NCBI GenBank assembly: GCA_030603385.1
Contig: JAUVXW010000019.1
Span: 1-64,000 of the forward strand
DNA length: 64,000 bases
Direction of reading: 5' to 3'
Source of the DNA: Promethearchaeota archaeon
GTDB taxonomy: Archaea > Asgardarchaeota > Lokiarchaeia > Sigyniarchaeales > SOKP01
Positions within the stretch are counted from its first letter, which is position 1, and each line of letters starts with the position of its first letter. The notes under the pieces were generated by a model. The model did no database searches. It had not been told where the DNA came from and worked only from the letters and a program-made list of their open reading frames with translations. The translations under genes and the position numbers were made by a program. Positions 30,189 to 40,129 of this stretch are shown piece after piece.

Positions 30189-31202
30189 ATGTCGGTTGAT
30201 CGAGATAAACTAGAAGCATTGCTAAAGTGGTATAAACAGGACATTGGAAAACATTTGATTGCTACTATTATTGTAAATAGAGAAGGATTAGTAATGGCCG
30301 CTCTAAAAGGAGATTCAGAAACAGAAGTAGAAGAAGATGTAATTGGGGGTGTTACTGCATTAGTAGAGCCTGTTCTAACTAGAATCACTGAAGAATTCAG
30401 TTCAGGTGCCTTCGGAACAGGTACGTTTGATACAGAAGAACATCGGATTATTTTTTGCGAAGCAGGACCTGAAGCAATTTTGGTTACTGTTTTAGATTCG
30501 ATTGCTATGGTCGATCCAATTTTTCCATATGCTTATTTAGCTGCAGAGAAGATCGCCCGAATTTTTGATGGAAGAACAGTAAGTCCTGTAATTCCTAAAC
30601 TGATTTTAGATCAAAATGTTCAAAATATTGAAAGAAAAATAGATAAACTTCAAAAGATTAAAGTAAAATCAGGAGAGTACGCATATAAACTAATTTTAGG
30701 GGGTGAAGGAGGAGTAGGTAAAACTAGTATGGTTCATCGTTTTGTAGAAAACTCATTTCAAGCTGATTATAAATCCACAATAGGAACCTCAATAATGAAA
30801 AAAGAATGCGATTTTGAAGGTTTAGAATCAAAAGTCCGTTTTGTCCTTTGGGATTTGGCAGGACAAGCTCAATTTAAGCGTGTAAGACAATCATATTTAT
30901 CGAGTGCTGAAGCTGGTATTTTGGTTTATGATGTGACTCGTAAAGATACTTTTGAAAGTATAGAAAATTGGTTTAATGAAATAAAAAATGTTTCACCGAC
31001 AATATCCTTAATCTTAGTAGGAAATAAAATAGATTTGACAGAAGATAGGTTTATTTCAACTGAAACTGGAGAGGAGCTGGCAAAAAGACTAAATCTTTCT
31101 TATATTGAAACATCAGCAAAAACAGGGGAAAACATTAATGATGCATTTAAAATGCTTGCCTTACAAATAATAAAACAATATGTTTTTACTGAGGAAGTGT
31201 AA
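30189..31202 (+). CDS. Roadblock/LC7 domain fused to a Rab-like small GTPase
   Basis: N-terminal IIVNREGLVMAA roadblock pattern; GEGGVGKT, WDLAGQ, NKID, ETSAK. Confidence 0.9.
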   Translation: MSVDRDKLEALLKWYKQDIGKHLIATIIVNREGLVMAALKGDSETEVEEDVIGGVTALVEPVLTRITEEFSSGAFGTGTFDTEEHRIIFCEAGPEAILVTVLDSIAMVDPIFPYAYLAAEKIARIFDGRTVSPVIPKLILDQNVQNIERKIDKLQKIKVKSGEYAYKLILGGEGGVGKTSMVHRFVENSFQADYKSTIGTSIMKKECDFEGLESKVRFVLWDLAGQAQFKRVRQSYLSSAEAGILVYDVTRKDTFESIENWFNEIKNVSPTISLILVGNKIDLTEDRFISTETGEELAKRLNLSYIETSAKTGENINDAFKMLALQIIKQYVFTEEV

Positions 31203-31206
31203 TTAG

Positions 31207-31296
31207 AGCCTCTGGGGGGAATTGAACCCCCGACCTTCAGATATTTCTTCTACATTTGAATACGAATCTGATGCTATACCACTAAGCTACAGAGGC
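31207..31296 (-). tRNA. tRNA-Thr(CGT) with a canonical 37/38 intron (31243-31260, 18 nt)
   Basis: GCCTCTG/CAGAGGC acceptor; TCAGA-TTCGTA[intron]A-TCTGA; T arm GGGGG-TTCAATT-CCCCC. Confidence 0.92.
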
Positions 31297-31363
31297 AAAA
31301 ATATATTAAAAATTCGAATTTATTCAAAAATTATAGTAGTTAAAAAATTTTAAATTTTATCTA

Positions 31364-32389
31364 ATGAATAATAATCTTCAGATAGGAAATCTTGGAGAAA
31401 ATAAATTAATAAAACTTATTGAAGATTTGATATTAAAGAAAACTGGAAAAGTTTTATTAAGTGATGATTCTTTTTTTTTCAGCCCTAAAAGCGGAAATTT
31501 GGATGATATATTGGTTTTGAATTCAGATATGCTAGTTTCCACCACTGATGTTCCACCCCTAATGAATTTTTATCAAATTGGGAAGAAATCAGTTATAATG
31601 AATATTAGTGATTTATTAGTTAAGGGTGTCAAACCAAGGGGAATAATTATATCCTTAGGTTTGCCAAAGGAACTTAAAAAAGCAGAATTCATTGATATTA
31701 TAAATGGAATAATAGATTGTTCTTTGAAATTTGATCTTGGATATATTGGAGGAGATATTAATGAAACAAAAGAATTGATAATAAATCCTACTGTATTTGG
31801 TTTCAAAAATCCTTCAGATGTAATTTTTCGAAAAGGAATAAATATTGATGATATTTTAGTAGCTAATAATAAATTTGGATTAACTGGAGTGGGATTTGAC
31901 ATCCTCTTGAATAGAGACGGAAACCTCAAAAGTTTTTCAAATTATAAAAGATCTATTATGAGTGTATTGGAGCCTAATATCTCTGGATTGGAGGCGTTAA
32001 TAATGTCTGAGAGAAAATTAGCAACTTCAAGCATAGATTCATCAGATGGATTATCAAAGTCTTTACTAGATTTAATGATCTCAAATCCAAATTTAGGATT
32101 TGAAATTGCTTTTAATGATAATTTAATTGACCCAGAAGCTATAGCCTATTCTCAAGAATTTAATCTTCCATTGGAAAATCTTATATTTAATGGGGGTGAA
32201 GAATTCATTCATTTATTTACGATAACTGAGAGAAATTTCTCCAAGGCTAAAAAAGAAATACAAACAAGAGGTGGAAAACTTTTTAAAGTTGGCAATGTAA
32301 TATCTGGTGAATATATATATGTCTTAAAAGATAATAAAAGAAGTGAATTAAAAAGCTATGGATTTGAGCATTTCAATAAATCAGCTTAA
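31364..32389 (+). CDS. thiL: Thiamine-monophosphate kinase
   Basis: LGENKLI, NISDL, GGDIN, DSSDGL, GGEEF, GFEHF. Confidence 0.9.
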   Translation: MNNNLQIGNLGENKLIKLIEDLILKKTGKVLLSDDSFFFSPKSGNLDDILVLNSDMLVSTTDVPPLMNFYQIGKKSVIMNISDLLVKGVKPRGIIISLGLPKELKKAEFIDIINGIIDCSLKFDLGYIGGDINETKELIINPTVFGFKNPSDVIFRKGINIDDILVANNKFGLTGVGFDILLNRDGNLKSFSNYKRSIMSVLEPNISGLEALIMSERKLATSSIDSSDGLSKSLLDLMISNPNLGFEIAFNDNLIDPEAIAYSQEFNLPLENLIFNGGEEFIHLFTITERNFSKAKKEIQTRGGKLFKVGNVISGEYIYVLKDNKRSELKSYGFEHFNKSA

Positions 32390-32508
32390 AATATGAATGG
32401 ATTTTTATAAATTACTCATAATTGAAAGAAGAGACACTCTATAAAATAAAATTTTTATATTATAATTGATTTATTGCATATACTATCTGTACCTATTTAT
32501 ATTAAGAT

Positions 32509-32612
32509 GGGCTATTGGCGCAGGCAGGTAGCGCAACAGGCTTTTAACCTGAAATTTATGGGGGATCCTCTCATAAAAAGGAAGGTCGGGGGTTCAATTC
32601 CCCTATAGCCCG
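32509..32612 (+). tRNA. tRNA-Lys(TTT) with a non-canonical variable-region intron (32554-32583, 30 nt)
   Basis: GGGCTAT/ATAGCCC+G; CAGG-CTTTTAA-CCTG; insert hairpin TTTATGGGGG/CTCTCATAAA; splicing restores variable loop AGGTC. Confidence 0.9.
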
Positions 32613-32731
32613 TAATTTCTCACAAACTATAGAGAATTCAAATTTATATATAAGTAAAACATTTTTTAAGAAATATTTATGAAATTTCTAATTTTATAAC
32701 TACATAAATAGTCTCCTCACGATTTTCTAGT

Positions 32732-33736
32732 ATGACATTTTCAGATTTCAAATTACCTTCTGATGAACCTGAGCAATTATTACTCAAATCACAAGATACT
32801 ACCAATCCAAATTATGGATGTGAGCCAGAAAGTAGAAGTATAACAAAGCTTTTACAGTATGGAGTAATAAATTTAGATAAACCAAGTGGTCCAACTAGTC
32901 ATGAAGTGGTATCGTGGGTTCGCAAAGTATTAGGAATCTCAAATGCAGGTCATGGAGGAACTTTAGATCCTAAAGTTACTGGGATATTACCTTGTGCTCT
33001 TGGAAGAGCTACACGAGCTTTATCATCGTTATTGAATGCGGGTAAGGAATATATAGGTGTTCTTTATCTCCATTCTCCTGAAAAATTGATGAGAATCGAA
33101 AAAATATTCAAATTATTCACTAGAAAGATTTATCAAAGACCTCCACTAAAATCATCAGTAGCTAGAAAACTTAGAGTTAGAGAAATATATTATAGTCAAG
33201 TTATTGAAGTGAAGAATAATCATGTTTTATTTAGAATAGGTTGTGAAGCAGGAACTTATATACGAAAATTTTGTTTTGATATTGGAGAAGCTCTTTGTTC
33301 TGGTGCCCATATGCTAGAACTGAGAAGAACTAGAGTTGGAAATTTTACAGAAAATGATAATTTAATTACTCTCCAAAATTTAAAGGATGCCTATACAATT
33401 TATCAATTGGAGAACGACGATCATTATTTAAAAAAGATAATATTTCCAATGGAAAAAATGGTTTCTCATTTACCAAAAATCTATATTCGAGATACAGCTG
33501 TTGATGCTATATGCCATGGTGCAGATTTAGCTTCAGCGGGTATTTGTCATATTGATGCTAGAATAAAACCTAACTTGTTAGTTGCCATAATGACCTTGAA
33601 AAAAGAGTTAATCGGATTTGGTACTTCATTAAAAAATGCTATGCAAATGTACAAAGCTAAATCGGGTATATTAGTAAAAGCAAATAAAGTTTTTATGGAG
33701 AGGGGATTATACCCTCGATGGAATGAAAAAAAATAG
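32732..33736 (+). CDS. cbf5: H/ACA RNA-guided pseudouridine synthase Cbf5
   Basis: LDKPSGPTSHEV, GHGGTLDPKVTG, YQRPP, GTYIR, PUA domain. Confidence 0.96.
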   Translation: MTFSDFKLPSDEPEQLLLKSQDTTNPNYGCEPESRSITKLLQYGVINLDKPSGPTSHEVVSWVRKVLGISNAGHGGTLDPKVTGILPCALGRATRALSSLLNAGKEYIGVLYLHSPEKLMRIEKIFKLFTRKIYQRPPLKSSVARKLRVREIYYSQVIEVKNNHVLFRIGCEAGTYIRKFCFDIGEALCSGAHMLELRRTRVGNFTENDNLITLQNLKDAYTIYQLENDDHYLKKIIFPMEKMVSHLPKIYIRDTAVDAICHGADLASAGICHIDARIKPNLLVAIMTLKKELIGFGTSLKNAMQMYKAKSGILVKANKVFMERGLYPRWNEKK

Positions 33737-34400
33737 AGAAATTAGTTTCAGATTGTTTTTTACTATGGAAAATAATAATCAACATTATTATAGTGAATTT
33801 CCCAATGTGGAAGTAAAGATTTATACAATTTCTGAAAGCCTGAGAAGGCATCTTTATATTTTTAAAACTATTACAGGGGTATTTTCTTTCCGTAAAATAG
33901 ACTTAGGTACAAAAGTATTTATTGAGCATATGGTTATTCCTAAGGATCCTAGCGTTCTACTTGATTTAGGGTGTGGGTATGGACCTATTGGTATTGTTTT
34001 AGGTTATGAATCACCAGATAGTAATGTGTATTTAATAGATATTAACAAACGTGCTATATGGTGTGCTAAGGAAAACATAAAAATAAATCTAAATAGAGAT
34101 AAAAAAAGTGTTCTAACATTATCTGGAAATTATTTTGAACCTATCAAAAATAAGAATTTAAAATTTGATGCAATTTACATGAATCCTCCTATGCGACAAG
34201 GTAGAAAAGATTTTTTGAAGCTGATTGAAGTTATTCCGAGTTATTTGAAATCAAAAGGTTATTTTCAATTTGTAATCAAAAAGAAAATGGGAGCACCTTA
34301 CATTCTTAATTTTGTTAACAAAAATTTTCCAAATAATAATATTGAGATAATTTGTAAAAGAAGTGGTTATTGGGTTTTTAGATTTTTTCAACTGAATTAA
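33723..34400 (+). CDS. RsmC-like class I SAM methyltransferase
   Basis: GVFS..IDLGT, LDLGCGYGPIG, NPPM. Confidence 0.88.
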   Translation: MKKNREISFRLFFTMENNNQHYYSEFPNVEVKIYTISESLRRHLYIFKTITGVFSFRKIDLGTKVFIEHMVIPKDPSVLLDLGCGYGPIGIVLGYESPDSNVYLIDINKRAIWCAKENIKINLNRDKKSVLTLSGNYFEPIKNKNLKFDAIYMNPPMRQGRKDFLKLIEVIPSYLKSKGYFQFVIKKKMGAPYILNFVNKNFPNNNIEIICKRSGYWVFRFFQLN

Positions 34401-34507
34401 AATAAATTCACCCTTCATAATATATTGAAAAATGAAGAAAATTGGTAAAATTTTTTAGAAATGTATTATTTCTTTAATTATAAATTGTCATATAAGAGGA
34501 TTTTTCC

Positions 34508-34765
34508 TTGACTAAGAAAAAAAAAATAGACGTCTTATTACATAAGTTTGTTCCTCAACATCTTCTTTTAACTAAAGAAGAATCTCAAGAACTTTTTGAG
34601 AAATATAAAATAGAAGTAACCGATTTACCTCAGATATTTGAGAAAGATCCAGTTGCGATAGCTATCGGAGCAAAAGAGGGAGATATTATAAGAATAGTCC
34701 GAGACTCACAAACAACAGTAAAGAACATAGATTACTTTCGCTATGTAAAGAAGGAAAAAGGATAA
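34508..34765 (+). CDS. rpoH: RNA polymerase subunit Rpo5 (H)
   Basis: HKFVPQH, LPQI..DP...IGAKEGDIIRIVRDS. Confidence 0.96.
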   Translation: MTKKKKIDVLLHKFVPQHLLLTKEESQELFEKYKIEVTDLPQIFEKDPVAIAIGAKEGDIIRIVRDSQTTVKNIDYFRYVKKEKG

Positions 34766-34811
34766 TATGATTTTTTTATTTAAATTAATAATTTGTATGG
34801 TATGATAGATT

Positions 34812-37800
34812 TTGAGTACTGAAAAATTATCAAATGAAGATAAATGGGTTGTTTTAAAAAGCCTATTTGATGAGAAAGGTTTGGTTCGCCAGCATTTAGA
34901 TTCATACAACGGGTTCATTGAAGATGAAATGCAATCTATTGTAGACGAGTCAGGTGAAGTTATACCTGATATCCCCGGCTTTAAAATCAAATTTGGAAAA
35001 ATTATAATTGGATCGCCTAAAGTAAGGGAAGCCGATGGGGCAACTATGGAAATAACCCCCATTGAAGCAAGAATAAGGGAGCTTAGTTATGCTGCAGATA
35101 TTACATTAGAGATGACCCCGATCACTATAGATGAACGTACACAGAGAGAAGAAGCCGAAGAAACTCTTGATATATATATCGGTAAAATCCCAATAATGTT
35201 AAAGAGTTGTCGATGTCCATTAGAGAGCTTGTCTGAACAAGAGTTAATCAATAGGGGTGAAGATCCGCTTGACCCAGGAGGTTATTTCATAATTAATGGA
35301 ACAGAGCGAGTTCTCGTGACCCAAGAGGATTTAGCCCCTAATAGAATATTAGCAGAGGAAGCAAGTAGAAGCTCCAGTGCCACCCATCAAGCAAAGGTTT
35401 TTTCGACGAGAAGCGGATTCCGCGCACCTGTTACAATTGAAAGGAAAAAAGATGGTAATTTAAGAGTTTCATTCCCCTCGGTACCTGGTAAGATTCCTCT
35501 AGCAATTCTTATGAGAGCTTTGGGTTTGCATTCAGATAGAGAGATTTTCGAAGCCATATCAGAAAATGACGAAATTCAAAAAGAATTGATCCCTGTAATA
35601 GACGTAGCTTCTGAGATCCAAGTATTAAAGGATCCAGAGAAATCTCAACAAAATGCTCTTGATTATATTGGAAAAAGGGTAGCAATTGGGCAGACCAAAG
35701 ACTATCGTATTAGAAGAGCTCTTCAAGTTCTAGATAGATATTTATTACCTCACATTGGAAATGCTGAAGATGACAGAATCAAAAAAGCATATTATTTAGG
35801 CCAAATGGCACAAAAAGTAATGGAACTTGCACTAGGATTAAGAGAACCAGATGATAAAGACCATTATGCAAATAAAAGGTTAAAATTAGCTGGAGAATTA
35901 TTTACTGGCCTATTTAGAGTCGCTTTTTTAAATCTTGTAAAGGATATTAAGTATCAACTGGAAAGAACTGCTGTTCGAGGAAGAGCACCAAATATAAAAA
36001 CAGCAGTCAGAGCAGATGTAATAACAGAAAGAATTAGACATGCCTTAGCCACGGGAAATTGGGTTGGAGGTAAGGCAGGTGTGAGTCAATTATTAAATAG
36101 GGCTAATCATGTTGGTACATTGAGTCATTTAAGAAGAGTTATATCTCCTTTAAGTAGAAGTCAACCTCATTTTGAGGCTAGAGATTTGCATCCGACTCAG
36201 TGGGGAAAAATTTGTCCTGCAGAAACCCCTGAAGGGCCAAATTGTGGTTTGGTTAAAAATCTTGGATTAGCCTCCATAATTTCTGTAGGAACTGATGAGA
36301 GAATAATTGAAAATATTTTGTTCGATTTAGGAGTCATTCCTATAAATGAAGTGAAAAATGTAAAAGGAGATAAGGTAAAAGTCTTTCTTAATGGAAAACT
36401 GGTTGGTATTCATCAACAATATAACCCTTTTATTAGACAACTTAGAGAAAAAAGAAGGAAAGTAGAAATAGGTCAACATGTAAACATAGGATATTACCAT
36501 GACTCTAGAGAGATTCAAATTAATTGTGATGCTGGGAGAGCAACAAGACCACTTTTCGTATTAAAAAATAAAAAACCATTGATTATTAAGGAAGATATTG
36601 AGAAGATAAGACAAAATAAATATATTTGGTCAGATTTAGTTCAAAAAGGTGTAATTGAGTATTTAGATGCTGAAGAAGAAGAAAATGCTTATATAGCTAT
36701 GTTTGAAGAGGATCTGACTAGTGAACATACTCATTTAGAAATTTCTCCTGCTGCAATTCTCGGAATTTGTGCTTCAATTATTCCATTTCCAGAGCATAAT
36801 CAATCACCAAGAAACACATACGAAGCAGGAATGGTAAAACAGGCATTAGGTTTATTTGCTGCAAATATGCATCTTAGACTTGACACAAGAGGGCATACAT
36901 TGCATTATCCTCAACAACCTTTAGTAAAAACAAGTCCAATGGAGATTATCGGAATTAATAAACGACCTGCTGGGCAAAATTTTATTATTGGTATGATGAG
37001 TTTTGAAGGTTTCAATATTGAAGATGCTATAATAATTAATAAAGCATCAATTGAGAGAGGCCTTGCTCGAAGTCATTTCTTTAGGACATATAACGCTGAA
37101 GAAAGAAAATATCCAGGAGGAGAAGTTGATAAGTTCGAAATTCCAGAAAGAGGTGTTAGAGGATTTAAATCTGCTGAATCTTATCGACTTTTATCAGAAG
37201 AGGATGGCATAATAGAACCAGAAACCCAAGTTAATGGAGGAGATGTTCTTATTGGCAGAACTTCTCCACCGAGATTTATAAAATCCTATGAAGAATTTGA
37301 ATTAATGCAACCTAATCGACGTGAAACTTCGAAAAATATGAGGCATAATGAACAAGGAATAGTTGATACAGTAATTATTTCAGAAACTGTGGATGGAAAC
37401 AAACTGGTAAAAATAAAAGTAAGAGACTTAAGGATTCCTGAATTAGGAGATAAATTTTCTTCACGCCATGGGCAAAAAGGAGTCCTTGGATTAGTAGTTG
37501 AGCAATCTGATATGCCATTCACTTCATCGGGCGTAATTCCTGATATTATTGTTAATCCGCATGCTATGCCTTCACGGATGACTTTAGGGCAATTATTTGA
37601 GGGAATAAGCGGTAAAATTGCGTGTGTCAATGGAAAATTAGGTGATGCTACTGCCTTTGAATGGACGGACATTACTAAACTTCAAGAATTATTAGTGGAT
37701 TCTGGTTTTGAATTTAATGGTAGAGAAGTTATGTACAACGGAATGACAGGAGAAAAATATGAAGCTGGTATTTATTGTGCACCAATCTATTTTCAAAAGT

Positions 37801-38183
37801 TATATCACTTAGTTGCTGATAAACTTCATGCCAGAGCACGTGGTCCTGTTCAAATATTAACAAGACAGCCAACAGAAGGTAGAGCAAGAGAAGGAGGGTT
37901 ACGTTTCGGCGAAATGGAACGGGATTGTCTTGTAGGTCATGGTTCCGCGTTATTATTGAAGGAAAGGTTGCTAGATGAGTCAGATAGAACAGTTATATTA
38001 GTTTGTGAAAAATGTGGACTCCTAGCTGTGTATGATCGAAATCGAGACAAGCGATACTGTCCAGTGTGTGGAGAAAGCACAATTATATCAAAAGTTGTTT
38101 GTTCATATGCTTTCAAGTTGTTATTACAAGAGATGATGAGTTTAGGACTTGCTCCAAGACTCAAGCTCAAAGAAAAAATATAG
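34812..38183 (+). CDS. rpoB: RNA polymerase subunit Rpo2 (B), unsplit
   Basis: QHLDSYN, GYFIING, ETPEG, GDKFSSRHGQKG, GGLRFGEMERD. Confidence 0.98.
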   Translation: MSTEKLSNEDKWVVLKSLFDEKGLVRQHLDSYNGFIEDEMQSIVDESGEVIPDIPGFKIKFGKIIIGSPKVREADGATMEITPIEARIRELSYAADITLEMTPITIDERTQREEAEETLDIYIGKIPIMLKSCRCPLESLSEQELINRGEDPLDPGGYFIINGTERVLVTQEDLAPNRILAEEASRSSSATHQAKVFSTRSGFRAPVTIERKKDGNLRVSFPSVPGKIPLAILMRALGLHSDREIFEAISENDEIQKELIPVIDVASEIQVLKDPEKSQQNALDYIGKRVAIGQTKDYRIRRALQVLDRYLLPHIGNAEDDRIKKAYYLGQMAQKVMELALGLREPDDKDHYANKRLKLAGELFTGLFRVAFLNLVKDIKYQLERTAVRGRAPNIKTAVRADVITERIRHALATGNWVGGKAGVSQLLNRANHVGTLSHLRRVISPLSRSQPHFEARDLHPTQWGKICPAETPEGPNCGLVKNLGLASIISVGTDERIIENILFDLGVIPINEVKNVKGDKVKVFLNGKLVGIHQQYNPFIRQLREKRRKVEIGQHVNIGYYHDSREIQINCDAGRATRPLFVLKNKKPLIIKEDIEKIRQNKYIWSDLVQKGVIEYLDAEEEENAYIAMFEEDLTSEHTHLEISPAAILGICASIIPFPEHNQSPRNTYEAGMVKQALGLFAANMHLRLDTRGHTLHYPQQPLVKTSPMEIIGINKRPAGQNFIIGMMSFEGFNIEDAIIINKASIERGLARSHFFRTYNAEERKYPGGEVDKFEIPERGVRGFKSAESYRLLSEEDGIIEPETQVNGGDVLIGRTSPPRFIKSYEEFELMQPNRRETSKNMRHNEQGIVDTVIISETVDGNKLVKIKVRDLRIPELGDKFSSRHGQKGVLGLVVEQSDMPFTSSGVIPDIIVNPHAMPSRMTLGQLFEGISGKIACVNGKLGDATAFEWTDITKLQELLVDSGFEFNGREVMYNGMTGEKYEAGIYCAPIYFQKLYHLVADKLHARARGPVQILTRQPTEGRAREGGLRFGEMERDCLVGHGSALLLKERLLDESDRTVILVCEKCGLLAVYDRNRDKRYCPVCGESTIISKVVCSYAFKLLLQEMMSLGLAPRLKLKEKI

Positions 38184-38297
38184 ATTCCACATGTTTTTGG
38201 ATTAAATTCTATTATTTTTTATCTTATTATTTTTTATCAATTTTTAAAGAAATAAAGGAAAAAAATAGTAATTTGATTTTTTAGATTTTTGTGCTAT

Positions 38298-38741
38298 TTA
38301 AAATCCAGTTCCTAAGAATGTGTACAATTCAGGAATTAAACAGTATAGAACGTATAATATGAAAAGCGTCAATAATGAAACCCACACTGCATTATCCCAC
38401 GGTATATCGATTAAGAACTTTACAAGTACTAACAGAATAAGAAATCCAATAATAGGTGTTAAATTGGTTAAGAAATTTAGCCCCCCATCATCAAGTGCGT
38501 TCCTAATATCAGCTAAAGCATCCCCAATAGCACTTAGTACCTCGTTTATTGCATTTAAAACTATTGGTAAAAGCAATACTATTATAAAAGCTAATATAAT
38601 TATCAAGAATGTCTTATCTGAAGCCTTAGTTTTAGACTCTAAAAGAAGAACAACTATATATATTATTAAAGCTACAATTATCGTCGCAAGTATTAACCAT
38701 ATTATAAAAAAAATAGGTTCCACATCATCTTGAAATAACAT
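38298..38741 (-). CDS. Multi-pass membrane protein, unknown function
   Basis: About 4 hydrophobic segments. Confidence 0.7.
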   Translation of the reverse strand: MLFQDDVEPIFFIIWLILATIIVALIIYIVVLLLESKTKASDKTFLIIILAFIIVLLLPIVLNAINEVLSAIGDALADIRNALDDGGLNFLTNLTPIIGFLILLVLVKFLIDIPWDNAVWVSLLTLFILYVLYCLIPELYTFLGTGF

Positions 38742-38874
38742 TTTAATACCCTAAGAATAATATTTTTTTTTAGATTTAATAATAAAGATATTACATTTCT
38801 TCTTTTTAAAGATTAAGTTCTCAAATTATAAATGATAAAAATTCGTGTTTCTTATTAGAGGATTTAGATTCATC

Positions 38875-39075
38875 TCATATTCCCCAGCTTAACAAAAAGA
38901 AGTGAATAGCAAAACCTAGAAATATCGATGCTATAATTATACTTACTACTGATAATTGAACTGATTTTTCTCTACCATATCTTGTATAGACTACCAAAAC
39001 TGTCAGAGCAACTAATCCTATGAAAAGAAAAAGCCACGCTAAGACCCATAAAGTTAATGAAGGAACATCAGCCAT
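38875..39075 (-). CDS. OST5/TMEM258-like oligosaccharyltransferase subunit
   Basis: Two TM helices; SIIIASIFLGFAIHFFLLSWGI closely resembles the TMEM258 C-terminal helix (ASLFMGFG.LFLLL.VGI) as recalled. Confidence 0.75.
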   Translation of the reverse strand: MADVPSLTLWVLAWLFLFIGLVALTVLVVYTRYGREKSVQLSVVSIIIASIFLGFAIHFFLLSWGI

Positions 39076-39230
39076 TCGTATAAAACCTATTTTTTATAAC
39101 TGGTAGTTTTAAGTTATGATTTATTTTTTTTTAATTTTATTGATATAAATAAAATTTAAATTAATGATTTTTTGATATTTAATAAACAAAACTTATATTA
39201 ATATTCAAGAAAGATTTTTCTAAGATAAAG

Positions 39231-40007
39231 ATGCATTTTTTAAAAAAAATAATAGAATCTCCTAATTTAGAAGACCCTGCAAAACAACATATTGATGTTC
39301 ATCGTCATTTCTATAGATATTCAAAAGGAGAATTTCTCGGTCCAGCATTAAAGATATCAAAATCTAATACTCGTATAACGCTTAAAGGTGCTCATGAATA
39401 TGAAGATTTAATTCTCGAGGTAGTAGTTAATACTCTTTCTAAAGAGGAAGTTGAGATAAATGGTATATTAATATCTGGTAATGATATAAGTGATTTAATT
39501 AAAAACTTAGGGTTTGATTGGATTTTGAAAAAATCAACAGGTCAAACCAAGAATTATAAAGCTAATATTTTGAGCACAACTAATAAAGAAACCCTTTTAG
39601 AAAGTATTGAAGCTTTTAGAAAAACTAGTTATTACTTGATTTCTTTCAATATTAACCCTACGTGCAGGGTAACAACTAAAAAAAGGATCCCGCAACCTTC
39701 TAAAAAGAAAGCAGAGGAAGATGTTGTAAATAAGAGGATACAGTTTTGTTCAGGTGTTATGAATAATACTGAACATAACTTGAGAACTGTATTAGATTTA
39801 GTATTACCTGATTTTAAATCAGAACTTCCTGAAAAATGGAAAAACATCATTATAACAAATAACTATAGGATAACAGATATTATCCTACCTGAAGATGTCG
39901 ATAATTGGGGATTAAAGAGAATATTAGCAATAAGGAAGGGTAAATTGTTTCGATCCATAGATGTTGATAAAGAAATTATAGAAAAGCAATATAATTTTGT
40001 TGCTTAA
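39231..40007 (+). CDS. Conserved-looking hypothetical protein
   Basis: 258-aa ORF, host-like composition. Confidence 0.65.
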   Translation: MHFLKKIIESPNLEDPAKQHIDVHRHFYRYSKGEFLGPALKISKSNTRITLKGAHEYEDLILEVVVNTLSKEEVEINGILISGNDISDLIKNLGFDWILKKSTGQTKNYKANILSTTNKETLLESIEAFRKTSYYLISFNINPTCRVTTKKRIPQPSKKKAEEDVVNKRIQFCSGVMNNTEHNLRTVLDLVLPDFKSELPEKWKNIIITNNYRITDIILPEDVDNWGLKRILAIRKGKLFRSIDVDKEIIEKQYNFVA

Positions 40008-40129
40008 TTCTAGATTTATAAGTCTTTTAATTAATTTTAATTTTTTAAAAAAATTTAATTTTTATGAAAAATAAATAATTATCAACTTAGTAAACAAGGT
40101 AGATCTGTATTAAAGAATTAAACCCTTTT

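Noticed and set aside
32940-32980. Crenarchaeal-type intron in cbf5
   Set aside because: The GHGGTLDP region is continuous and in frame; no insert.
38320-38733. + strand 137-aa ORF and the other short overlapping ORFs in the track
   Set aside because: They lie antisense or out of frame within better-supported genes and carry no recognisable motifs.
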